A stretch of 64,000 nt of DNA from the human T2T-CHM13v2.0 reference genome, Homo sapiens. Shown here in pieces: positions 18,150-29,573 of this stretch. Position 1 is the stretch's first letter, and each line of letters opens with the position of its first letter. The translations under genes were made by a program, and so were the position numbers. Where the stretch lies: NCBI RefSeq assembly GCF_009914755.1, contig NC_060927.1; one strand, 5' to 3'. Below the pieces are notes generated by a model. It saw only the letters and a list, made by a program, of their open reading frames with translations. It had not been told where the DNA came from and made no database searches.

Positions 18150-18720
18150 AAAAAATGAAAGAACCTGACCTAAATTTAATTTACAGTGTTCCCCTAAACT
18201 CATGGTTTTTTGATATTACCCTTAACCTACTGTGATTTAACTTTACAACAACCATGCAGATTTAATTACACATTGACTCCTAAGGGATGCACTCATATAT
18301 CCGTTTTCATCTCTCATGGACAGATTATTTGCAGTTAACTTACCAGCCACTGAAAATCAATTTTAATGGAAATACAAAACCTTAACTGCAGAAGAGCAAA
18401 AATACAGGTATAATACCACGTGGCAGGTCATTAAGTATAACTTCAGCTTTGTGTTCTTTTGATACAAGACTATGTCAACCATAAATAAGTGAGTATTTGC
18501 CACACAAGTCACACTTACCGGAAGAAGATTTGTCAAAAAAAAGTTTTAACGGGTCCAGCATTGAGCCCATTAGGGACCCTGGAGGAAATTCTGAGCTGCT
18601 TAGCAAGAAGGCACTAAACCAAAAAAAAAATTGTGCTGAAATGAAGTTAAAGGTTTAAGTGAAAACAGGAGAAGCAAGGAAAGGTACTTAAGTCTAAAAC
18701 TCCATCATTAACCATACCAG
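18150..18720 (-). mobile_element. Ancient non-LTR retrotransposon (L2/CR1/Crack-like) reverse-transcriptase remnant
   Basis: Minus-strand translation with frameshifts gives collinear degenerate RT motifs: VLDLSTF, WFSAFLLSSS, SRVP-GSMLDPL, FLTNLLPVSVTCVANTHLFMVDIVLY, LTANNLSM, LRVIS..MSLGEH. Confidence 0.6.
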
Positions 18721-21294
18721 CCAACTTACAAAGGGTTTCAAGCATAATGTGTAAGTTATTTAAAAAATCAGCAATAACACTAGGACAATATTTCCACACT
18801 TTGCCATAGTCATTTATTCTTATGCCTGTGTTTCAATAGTTCATACATTTATACAAGTATAGACATGTACTTTTAAAATATGCATTTGATTCTGCTTTTA
18901 ATAAACTAAAATTCAAATAAATATGACCTATTATTAGTCAGGACCTAATAATGACAGTTGCAAATTATGTGATTTTCCCTCTCATGAATTAAATGGTTCA
19001 AATTCCTTAACTAGGGACCTTCAAGGTCCAGCTTCTAAACTAAAAAATTACAGAGTTACCTAAAATGGGAAATTATACTAAGTTCTATAAATAAGCATAA
19101 TTATAACTGTGAGTCTTAATAATTTTTAAAAATCTGTACTGTGACAAATAAAATACTTTAATCATTAATTTCACTATTATTCTTTTAAAATCTATGTCAA
19201 TGGAGTCTTTATAAGTTGCTCATTTTTATTAATAATTTACATGATTTTTGTGAAATACAGCTTTCGATTATTCAGACAAATCAAGTGTATAACTTGAGAA
19301 ATAAATAAAAATAAACTATCTCAAAATATTCACTAGGTGATACAGGGATTTTGAACTATGTGCTATCCTTATTGAATTCCTTTTTAGTTTTACATTTTGT
19401 AGCAATTTTTAAAAACACTAAGCTGAATATTCAGCTTGTTTGTTTTAAAACAAGCTGCAATTTAGTGAATCACAAACAAATGATAAAATATTTCCTGAGG
19501 AATTTTACTTTGTATTGAGTGGTATCTAATAAACGCTTTAAGGTTAGCAACGTTACCTCAATACCTTGTTTATTAGGTTTAGAAATAAGTCTTTGGTTGC
19601 TAACAAAAACAACAACAACAAAAACAAAATAAATGAGTTATATTTCCCCCAAGGCCTTTGGAATGTCTTTTAAATTTATCCAAGTTTAAAATATATTTCA
19701 AAGATAGTGTATGAAGTGCCATGCACTGGAAATTTTTATATCTCAACTCAACTACCTGGAAGTTTATCCACTACAAGTTTTACAATGGAAGGACTTTTTT
19801 GGTTTTGTTTACTGCCTATAACCTAGAACATTTCCTGGCACATAATAATAGCATATTAATGTTTGTTAAATGAAAGCTACTTTCCAATATCAAATATCAT
19901 TTTTTAACAATAAACTGTGATTGAAAATTCAGTTTTGTCCACACTACCCAGAGGAAAGCCTGAATTATTTAATCTTACTGACACATTTCTAACTAGAACG
20001 TCTAGTTGCTGGAGGCTCAAGTTGAAATCCCCGGACTTTCTAGTATAATGTGAGTTTAATCTTTACTGCCAATTTTGTTCTGGCATGAACATGAATTATT
20101 TTTGCAGCATTTATCATCAGGGAAGCTGCTATACAAAAAGCAATATACTGTGTTTGACTGTAAAATGAGAACCAATATTTATGAACTACTTTAGAACACA
20201 TTTTTGTACTTAGAATAATGTAAGTATAGACATGTATTTTATTTCAGTAACTTTTTGTAGTGTAAGAAGGCATGTTTTCAGCTAAAAGTAGGTCATTAAT
20301 GGGAATATACTAAGTTGATTTTTATGAAACAAAAATAATCTTCATAACAATATTTTTTCAAAATTTGCAAATTTACTTTCGGCAAAGTAAAGTGCAATAA
20401 GGGCCACTACTAAGCAAACTAGTGATGCATTTTTTTGTTGTTGATAAGAGTGTATTGTTATTGTCTCACTTCTAAACTCCTCTATCCATCTTATTTAAGT
20501 TCCTTTTTGTTCAGTAAATACTGCTCTTTTGCTCTCTCCAGCTTTCTGGTTTGTACTAAGGTGTAAATCTTTGGGATGAATTAAGGTGCTTTGGCTTCCA
20601 GTTTAATTCTTTTGTAAGGAAAAATGAGCCTTAAACAAAAACAATAAAACCTTAAAACTCAAATATCTATATGGAATAGCAAACTATATTGTTAAATGAA
20701 TGGCTGCCCAAAATTATAAAATGATACTTAATCGATTGCTTATATAACATCTATGTATATAACCTAATTTGGACTTGCTTTTTTAGTGAATATTTCTTCA
20801 GGGATTCATTGTATATTGCAATAGGAACAAATGACACAGGAGAAAAACAAGACGAAGTGGACTAACTTTTAATGTCCAAGTGAGAAAAGAACAAAACATA
20901 AACATGGTGTAATTGTTTAAACTTAAAAGCCACAAAATACTTTCAGGTATTAATTGTTATACTCGAAGTGGCATTTATTTACTTAGGCTTTACTTTCATG
21001 GAAGGGAACGCCTTAACGGAATAATTCTCAACTAGCAAGTGTATCGAGAGAAGAGTACTCTCTGCAAGTGTGTTGGAGAAAAGGGTAGGGATCTACCAGA
21101 ATCTGAGATGTTCTGACTATGGGACATGCACTGCTTTAAGGAAGAACATTTAATAATGTATTTGTATGTTTATATAAAAACATTAAATAAATTATGGAAA
21201 GCAATTCTGCATCTAATTTTCTGGTAAGATATATGAGCCAGCATAAAAAACTCATTTTACTATCTTTTTATTGGGCCAGTCTCATTATCACCCA

Positions 21295-21682
21295 TGTCAG
21301 TTTGAGTCCTCCGAGGAGTACACACCAAGATGAAATTTGATGTGCAAAAAATTTCCTGATAAAATATCTGAAAAGACTAAGGTGAGGGAGAAGCTGTAGG
21401 CAGAATGGGTAAACAGAATCTCAGAATGCAGCTCAGTTAATAATATGTGGCCAGGTCAGTGTGGAGACTGGTAGAGGAGTCCCACAAGCTGCAGGAAGGG
21501 ATTAGCATGAGCTCCTCTGTAGTGCTTAGTCACTGGATCAGAGAAGCCTGCTGAAAGCATGATCTTGTCATGAATGCGCTTTTGGATCTATAGAGGAGGC
21601 AGCCAGGGATGTCACCCAACCTCATCCCCTGTAACATGTTCTCTTGAAGGAGGTGAGCAGCAGATTTTTATGTCACCATACA
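21295..21682 (-). mobile_element. ERVL LTR16-like solo LTR
   Basis: 'tgtcagtttgagtcctccgaggagtacacaccaagatg...gatgtgcaa...ctcagaatgcagctcagtt...agtcactgg' resembles the LTR16 family. Confidence 0.55.
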
Positions 21683-21959
21683 GAAACTGAGAAGAGATGC
21701 ACAGACATTTTGGGTTGATGGAAAAGTTCCAGGTCTTTATTTTCTGGTAGTTACAAACAGTTATATATTTGTCAAAATTCATCAAAAAGTAGATGTATTT
21801 TTGTATGCAAACTTTATTTAAATAATGTTAATTTTTTAAAATAGGCATTAACATTTTGATTTCTTTAATGTTTAATATTTTACTGTGACTATTTCTTTAC
21901 CACATCATATTACTAATATGTTTTCTCATTTTTTAAACACCATCCTTTCTGTTTTAATA

Positions 21960-22410
21960 TTATTCTTTCTGAAGTGTACGTTTTAGTGGTCTCTTTAGTA
22001 AAGGCCTATGGGAAGTAAACTTAGAATTTTGGTCTAAAAAAATTCTTCAATCCCTCTTATTCTTGAATGGCTGTTAAAATGGGAATCAAATTCTAGATTG
22101 ACAGTAATTTAGAATGTATTATTTTGAATGCATTGTTCCCCTGTCTTCTGGCATCTATTGTTACAAATGAGAAATCTGTCAGTCTGTCAGACTTTTTAAA
22201 GCAGACTTTACGTTATTTTTCTTTGTCTTTGAAGTTCTGTAATTTCACTCTGATGAGTCTCAGTGTGAAATTGTTTTTGTATTTCCTACTTGAAACTTGA
22301 TGTGATCTTTTAATTTGAGAACTCGTGTCTTTCTTCAACTCTGGAAAATGTTCAGACTTTATTTCTATGAAAATTTTCTCCTCTCCATTCTGTTTGTTAT
22401 ATTTCTGAGA
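21960..22410 (-). mobile_element. Old L1M/HAL1 ORF1-region fragment
   Basis: 'attctagattgacagt...gtcttctggcatctattgttacaaatgagaaatctg'. Confidence 0.6.
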
Positions 22411-22915
22411 CTCCTAACAGTCAGTGTTCTTAATTGCAAGCAAAACAAATAATCTACTTGATTTAAGGAGGAAATAAACCACCAGGGAGGCTGGAGAATG
22501 AAAATCAGAAAGTGAGCAGAAGTACAGGAAAGTAAAGCAATCAGCACCTGAGACAAGAGCATACCACAAACAACCCTGGAGAGAATACTGCCATGACTGC
22601 AGACCATTAGACCTGGTGGATTGCATGGGCGGCCTCCCTAGTGCTGGACACTGGACACTGGTTTTACAGCCACCTCCACTGGGCTCCAGACTAGATGTTG
22701 TTGTCCTTATAGGAAAAGATGCTGCACTGTTCCTTCTTTACACATTAGTTCCCCGTTACTGTCCAAAGTGGATGTGTTTCGTTGGCCTTGCCTAAGGGGT
22801 ATATTCCTGCCATTGCTGCCAAGGCAGGTTAAGAAACTAGGTATCTGTCCTTTTCGGTGTCTATCATGGGATACAGGATCTGCCTTCCATCAATTCTCGA
22901 AATGTGAAATATTTC

Positions 22916-23251
22916 TTTTTCTTTTTCTTTTTCTTTTTTTTTTTTGAGACCAAGTCTTGCTTTGTCACCCAGGCTGGAGTTCGGTGGCACAATCTTGGCT
23001 CACTACAACTTCTGCCTCCCAGGTTCAAAGACGAAGTGTTTCTCGTGCCTCAGCCTCCAGAGTAGCTGGGATTACAGGCACCCGCCATCATGCCCAGCTA
23101 TTTTTTTTATTTTTATTTTTATTTTTCGTAGAGAGAGGATTTCACCATGTTGGCCAGACTGGTCTGAAACTCCCAACCTCAAGTGATTCACCCACCTAGG
23201 ACTCCCGAGGTGCTGTGCTGGGATCACAGGCATGAGCCACTGTACCTGGCC
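22916..23251 (-). mobile_element. AluS with small internal insertions
   Basis: Full dimer; TSD aaatgtg(a/g)aatatttctt at ~22900 and 23253-23270. Confidence 0.92.
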
Positions 23252-23317
23252 AAAATGTGGAATATTTCTTAATAGAAATATTAAGAAAATAAACAATAGT
23301 TTCAGCACGATTAGAAT

Positions 23318-23378
23318 ATTCAGAATATAATATAAACTTAATAGTTTAATTCAGAATATATTATAAACTTAATAGTTT
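23318..23378. repeat. Tandem duplication, ~31-bp unit x2
   Basis: attcagaatataatataaacttaatagttta / attcagaatatattataaacttaatagttt. Confidence 0.9.
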
Positions 23379-23829
23379 CAGAACTTCAGCTTTCTGAGTG
23401 ATAGGGGTCACCATGATTCAACACCTTGAATATCTGTCTTCCAAAAAAATGTTCAAATCTAATATACCTTTTCTTCAAATAAACAAAAATGCCCTCTCTC
23501 TTTTCCAATGCTAATGTTTATCAGTTATTCCTAATGCAAATTTCCATTCCCCGTTATGATCTCACCTCAATATATGGTAATCTATGAGCTACTGTGCCAA
23601 CTTATCCATAACATTAAATGTAAAACTGGAGAAGAGGGTATTTTAGCATAAATACTAAATATGTTAAAATACAGTTATATTGCTAACACATCATAGATAA
23701 AAAATATGGATAACTATCATCACTGTTCTTACTACCCTTATTTTCCGGACAATATTGGATATAATGACTTCAATTTACTTTATCTCATTTTTCAATGATT
23801 TTAACTACTGCTTTATGGTACTCTTTCCT

Positions 23830-24090
23830 ATTTGATTTCAATGTCAATTCTCAGTAATTTTAATATACACATAGATTATCAGTACAAGGCCTTAGCTTCT
23901 CTGTTATTTGGCACATTCTGCTTAATGATTTTGTTCTACAATCTCTCCACCAGCCATTAGTCTCACAATCTCATGGCCAATCTCTAGACCTTCTCATTAC
24001 CAATATCTGCATACCTTCCACAAATTCAGTAATGTTTGTCCTACTCTTTAAACACCACCTATTATCATTCCAGGTCACTTCCTCTTGTAC
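23830..24090 (+). mobile_element. L2 ORF2 (endonuclease-region) fragment
   Basis: 'ctcatggccaatctctagaccttctcattaccaata', 'accacctattatcattccag'. Confidence 0.55.
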
Positions 24091-24861
24091 CATAGCCACC
24101 TCTACTACTTACCTGGAAAGGTAGCTACCAACAGTGTTCCATATAGCAATTTATTTGGCAACTTCAGTTTTAGAGTAAGTACAAATAGTAAGGACTCCAG
24201 CCAATTCATGTTGTAGGAACACGTAGCTTCCTAGTTGTCTTGATATCTTCTAGGCAAATCCTTACTCTAAGGCCATTGTACTGACTACGGGCAATGTTCA
24301 TAAGACATATATATTTGCTGTTTAAAAGAATGGCTATGTTGAGGTTTATTTGTTACAGTGCATAACTTAGACTATGCTGATGGAAAAATAAATTGTCTTC
24401 TAGAAGTGCAACGTTGTTATAACAAGGTCTTGAAATATCTGGCTGTAGCATAGAAGCCTGGGGGCAAATAGTGAAGATGCAACTGACAACCATCTCCAGG
24501 ATGGTTCCCCACGTTAGGCAGTGGTAATATATTTGACTTAATAAAATGCATCTCTAGTTACAGATGTTGGAAAGCAGAATGCTAATAGTGTGTATTGGTT
24601 ACTGGCACTGACTGGAGACTGATGACTTAAGAAGATAAATAATTTATTCATCAATAAGTATAAAGGCGATGAGAATGATAGGAGGTGATAATTTTCCCTT
24701 CCCACCCTTCCACCCAACACACAACTAGAAAAAGGTAAAATGGAAAAGGCTGGTGTGTGAAGGTCAAATTAAGGTGTGGACTTCATGCTTATATTTTTCC
24801 AGATGTATTCAGGTGTATAAAAATGAAGGCCTAATATTTTAAAAGTATACTTTAAAATCAG

Positions 24862-25035
24862 GTTTGACATAAGTATACAATCCAAGAAACCATTACCACA
24901 AAGAAGATTAGCAATATTGTCATTACCCTCAAATGTTTTCTTGTGATTTTTGTAATCCATCCCTCCTCTACCCTTACCCCCCCCACCCAACTCTGCCAGG
25001 CAACCACTGACCTGCTTTCTGTCACTTTTAAAGCC
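24862..25035 (-). mobile_element. L1MB/ME 3' end fragment
   Basis: 'ccaggcaaccactgacctgctttctgtcact'. Confidence 0.7.
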
Positions 25036-25567
25036 AATGAATGGATTAAAGTGTCCCAGAGCAAAGATCAAGTTAAGAATGTACAGCCTACTTGAATTTA
25101 TATTCTTTCAAATGTACAAAATGCCTCAGGGAGAAGAGAATAGATATGTGACTTTCTAACTAAAGCATAGAAGGTTCAAGGAAGCTGGAAATAAATAGGG
25201 AGAAAGACACATGGGTTAGCAAGAAAAAAAATAGAGTTGTGAGATTTATATCTCAAAAATAATTGTATATATTGTTTCTGGCACAGCAAATGTATTGGAA
25301 TTAAAGGAGTACAATATCCATGGATTTTTGAAAAAAAAAAACTGTACTTTTAAAAGAACCAGAAGCCTGGATTGTTTGAAACTGAAAATGTCCACTCATG
25401 CCCCTTGCTTTCCTTGTCTAGAAAGAAAGCTGTCATCTGCTCAGCTGCCAAGGAGTAATTTCCAGAAGCAGAATTAAAGATTGATAAAGGATCATTTCAC
25501 ACTTCCAGGGTTAAGAGCCTTCCTAACATTTGTCCTGAAAATTTTTAGAAATGACTGTTGTGTACCT

Positions 25568-25769
25568 TAGCGGTTTATTGATAAATGTTCAACCAGTTCC
25601 CTGACAAAAATAATCCTGATTTGTAGTGTTTACCCATTTCTCTAGTGTAAATATTTCCAACGTGGCCAATTTCAGACTATTATTGTGATGTTAACTTACA
25701 CAACTTTTTTTAAAAAAATTAACAATTGGGCATTGTGAACCAGTATAATCTGACTTGAGCACATCACCA
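25568..25769. mobile_element. MER63-like hAT DNA transposon
   Basis: 'gtgtaaatatttccaacgtggccaatttcagacta...gagcacatcacc'. Confidence 0.6.
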
Positions 25770-25836
25770 CCTGTGTCCCTTATCCCCCTCTTTACAAATG
25801 TGACTATTATGGCTATATTGTCATTGTTCCACTGCG

Positions 25837-25936
25837 ATATTTGGAATAGGTAACTTTTCCTCTCAATTCATATTTGGAATGCATAAGTTGTCCTTTCAGT
25901 TCATATTTGAACAGACATAACTTGTCCTTTCAATTC
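25837..25936. repeat. Degenerate minisatellite, 33-34 bp x3
   Basis: atatttggaataggtaacttttcctctcaattc / atatttggaatgcataagttgtcctttcagttc / atatttgaacagacataacttgtcctttcaattc. Confidence 0.85.
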
Positions 25937-26199
25937 ATAGTCATCAGATCAAACAGGTGCAACTAGAAGCAATAACAAAACTACTACACACCACACAGAG
26001 GTCCTGGACTTGAGACAGATGTTATAACTAGCTGTAGGCTTTAGGATTTCTCCTTTGTGAAGGGGTAAAGTGGAAGAAGACAGTGAGTCTAATATTTGAA
26101 GAACAGAGGGACACACTGTGATAGTCACTAACATAGCTTACTGAATATGTTTGGCACCCAAAATTTCAGGCATATAGGAGTACAAGTCCTTGATATTTC

Positions 26200-26706
26200 C
26201 TTCTTTTACCTCCTTGACTTATTTTCCTAGTTTCGTTCTTCTTGTCTTGTCACCTTCACTCGCCCAACACTGGCCTTCTAATAGTGTTGATACCTAGCAT
26301 GCATATTCCCACTTTAAGGCCATTGCATTGGCTAAGGGCAAAGTTTCCTGTGCTTGAACCAATATTTTCCCAGTTACCCATTGAACTATCCATTTCCTTC
26401 AAATCTTCATTCAAATATGATGTCAATGAGGCATGGAAACCGTACTATTTCCCTAAACCTGACATTCTGGATTCTTTTTCAATTTTCCTTTTTTTTCTTC
26501 ATCACATCCATCAGCCTACACTATACTATATAACATAGTTTCCTGTGGTAGTTACTGCTTATATTTGCTTTGCTCCCCATGAAAACGTAAGTTCAAGAAA
26601 GAAATATTTTTTATTTGTTGTTTATTCTTTTATTTTCCACTAAAGTATCCCAACCCATGCAATTATTGTTTACCCCTAGTAATATTCAATGAATAGGTAA
26701 GTGAAT
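26200..26706 (+). mobile_element. L2 3' fragment
   Basis: 'acactggccttct...cccactttaaggccattgca...' ending in a tgaat-like tail. Confidence 0.55.
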
Positions 26707-26734
26707 CACATGGTGATTTTTAAAAAGAGTCAAG

Positions 26735-27500
26735 TGTAATGGTCCCTGGTATTTGGGTTATATTTCCATTTTAGGGACTTTAAGGTGAGGAAAACTGCAT
26801 TTAACACTGAGGGTCATCAGAGCAGCCTTAGTGAGGTGAAGTTTCTTTTGATAAGCTGCCAAATAGCCTCCATTTTTGTCACCATGGATATTTTGTTTGT
26901 CCATAAACTCCGCAGAAATCACTGAGGTTTTAAGGGATATTAGGTGACTGATATCCTCAGAGCAAGTCATTCCGTCTTCATGAATATTAAGAATCTCCTT
27001 CACACTGCAGGCTTTTTATTTCAAAAAGGATAAAGCTATTCTTCTTTTGTTTTGTCATTCAAACTGCAAAATTGCTGCAGGTATCTCTCCAGACATGTTA
27101 GGTTGAAAATTCATCATAGATACCAGTGCTATCATTATAGATTTCGTTTTCAATACTTGCTTTTCTTTTCATTGGAATGATCCTGAGGCTGTGAAATGAC
27201 TCAGATCTGGAATTTGGTTAAAGGCATGTGAAAACCTGTGTGGCTCAAGACTGGTCTTTTAATAAGCAGACTCAGGAAGTTTCTTTGGCTATAAAATTAG
27301 ACACTTAATGGGATACCCATATATTTTGGCGCTGGGGACACTTGTCAATTTCCTCATTCCAAACATTCTTATGTAGTAAGTAATTTGATTATTATTTTGA
27401 TGTTACCATCCAACAGCTTAACTCTGTTAGTTAAATGTCCTGCCATGTCTTTGCCATTTGGGATTGTACCATATCTACTGAAGTATCACCCATCTGTACC
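26735..27500 (-). mobile_element. Ancient ERVL-like internal (pol/integrase) remnant
   Basis: ORF 26758-27003 contains FMDKQNIHGDKNGGYLAAYQKKLHLTKAALMTLSVKC, similar to the ERVL integrase zinc-finger region WAHEQSGHGGRDGGYAWAQQHGLPLTKADLATATAEC. Confidence 0.5.
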
Positions 27501-27805
27501 ATCACACCTACCGATGACTTTAGCCTGTATGAAACTGTCATAAAACCACTTTTAATTTCTCAATACTTTGGTGACAAGACAATCTCTCAGTCGCTAAGGA
27601 GAAATATATAGTAATAGAATAACTGTATCACATATTACAATCCACTTTAATAGTCTCTGAATTTATGTTTACCACATCATTCTAAGGATTTTCCAATAAC
27701 TCAACGTTGTTTCACTTCCTCACAGTAAACCAACCAAAGAAACAATTAGAACTAGATGCTCAATGTATCATATTAAATCTAGACTCCCTGGAAATGCATT
27801 AACAT

Positions 27806-28021
27806 TAGGGTTCTCTGATATGAGTGATATTACCATTTAGGGCTGAAAAATTCTTTGCTTTAAGAGATTACCCTGTGCATTATAGGATATTTATCAAAAT
27901 CTGTGGTATCTACCCATTAGAAGCCAATTTTATCCTCCACCAATTTTGACAATTAAAAATGTCTGCAGATATTGGCAAATGTTGTTTGGAGAACAACATT
28001 TCCCCTTATTCAGAACCACTG
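27806..28021. mobile_element. MER20 hAT DNA transposon
   Basis: 'cctgtgcattataggatattta...ctacccattagaagcca...aaaaatgtctgcagatattggcaaatg...agaaccactg'. Confidence 0.8.
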
Positions 28022-28634
28022 ATTAAATCAATACATTCAGCCAAAGTCAAATTATTTTTGCCTTTGTGGTCAAGCAATTCCCGAATGTATATCTACTTAA
28101 ATTCTCCAGATATTTTCTAATATAAAGTAGTCACATCTGACAACTTTTGTGGTCTGTTATCTCCATTGGATTCACTGGCCTCCTGAAGCATGCTAGATTG
28201 TGATCCTGGCTATAGGCCTGAAATGCTCAGAGATAGTGGAATTGGATTTTGAGTTTAGCTTTTTCTTGAAACGTAACTTTAGGTGAGGCCACCCAGCATT
28301 ATGAATCAAGGCACAGGCTGTCTCATAGTCTATGGCAGATAGAAAAGTTTTGGTTAGCAAGAGAAGTACAGTATTTATTCACTTAAAAAAAAACAAACTT
28401 CTTCAATGACTTTTTAATATCGATGAATATTTTTTTAACTTCTGTAATTTTGTTCTGATGCAAGTACACTTAAAAAGTAGAGATAATTTTTCATAATCTA
28501 TGCTTGGCCTTTGAGTAGTATTATGTCTGTGAATATTTTGAACATACTTATTTCAATAACTTTAAAATTTACATTATTGCCAATTCTTGTGATGAGATAC
28601 AATTTGATTTCTGGAATAACCTGACTTTATTTGC

Positions 28635-28664
28635 TTTTATTTATTTATTTATTTATTTATTTTA
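28635..28664. repeat. (TTTA)n microsatellite
   Basis: Direct reading. Confidence 0.9.
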
Positions 28665-29573
28665 CTTTGAGTTCAATTTTATTGTGATGTATTTTCTATT
28701 TTTTTCAAATAGAAAATACATCACATGTTTACATTTGCACTTCTAAGATTAAGAATTTTAAAAGTTTATAGCATTTTCTCATGTACATTTACCTGAAATT
28801 TCTGCATCCTTTAGGAAACATGATTTAGCATCCATTCCCAGGCATGTTGCAGACTTAGGACTTTGATTTCTTTACTTTGTGTAAAGTGTCTTTACTTTGT
28901 TATGAGCCTGAATGATTAGCAGGCTTACAAAATAGAACAAGGAGTTCTGAATCTTTGCCAGCCTTTCATAGCTCCTTGCTTATGGGATCATACAGATCTG
29001 GATTCCACAGCAAAATATAAAGTCCTTAGTTTCCATTCCCATGCAGACATTAACATCCCAACTCCCATTGTTCAGGTCTTTCTCTAGTTCTGACTTACCT
29101 GAGATCTTGCTGGCTTGAAGTCTCACAAATCTTAACTATGATTTCCATTTTTTTTTCTTTCTGGTTTCTAAATAGTTTCCTCCTTGGTTTGAGCTAAACT
29201 TGTTCTGAAAGTTGTTTTAGATATATATTTTCTTATCCTTGGAATGGCAAAATGAGATGTGAGAGTTCCTACCACAAACCTGAATCTGCCATATTAAATA
29301 GAAGTCAGCACAAGGTACACTTCAATTAGAATATATATCATATTATGTTTATTTTTCTGAGATACCAAAAGTCAAGATTTGACTCACCTCTCAGAGATAA
29401 ATTAGTGTGAATTTAAATAATAATTCAGAATATTAGTCTCCCAATTCTACTACTTCAATAACCTTGCATATTTTCTCTTTGGATTTTTGTTTTTTTTACT
29501 CGAAGTAATTAAACTGGGCAATGTAGATAAATAGATGGTAGTCTATATATATTCTTTAAAAGTATATTTCTTT

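Larger units (their letters stand above)
24230..26100 (+). mobile_element. MLT1 (MaLR) LTR 3' end plus internal sequence, fragmented by L1 and MER63 insertions
   Basis: LTR end 'tttgttacagtgcataacttagactatgctga' followed by MLT1-int-like 'aattgtcttctagaagtg...ataacaa'; purine tract 'gaaggggtaaagtg' near 26060. Confidence 0.45.

Noticed and set aside
25837-25936. CRISPR-like array
   Set aside because: Contiguous tandem units with no unique spacers, in primate DNA
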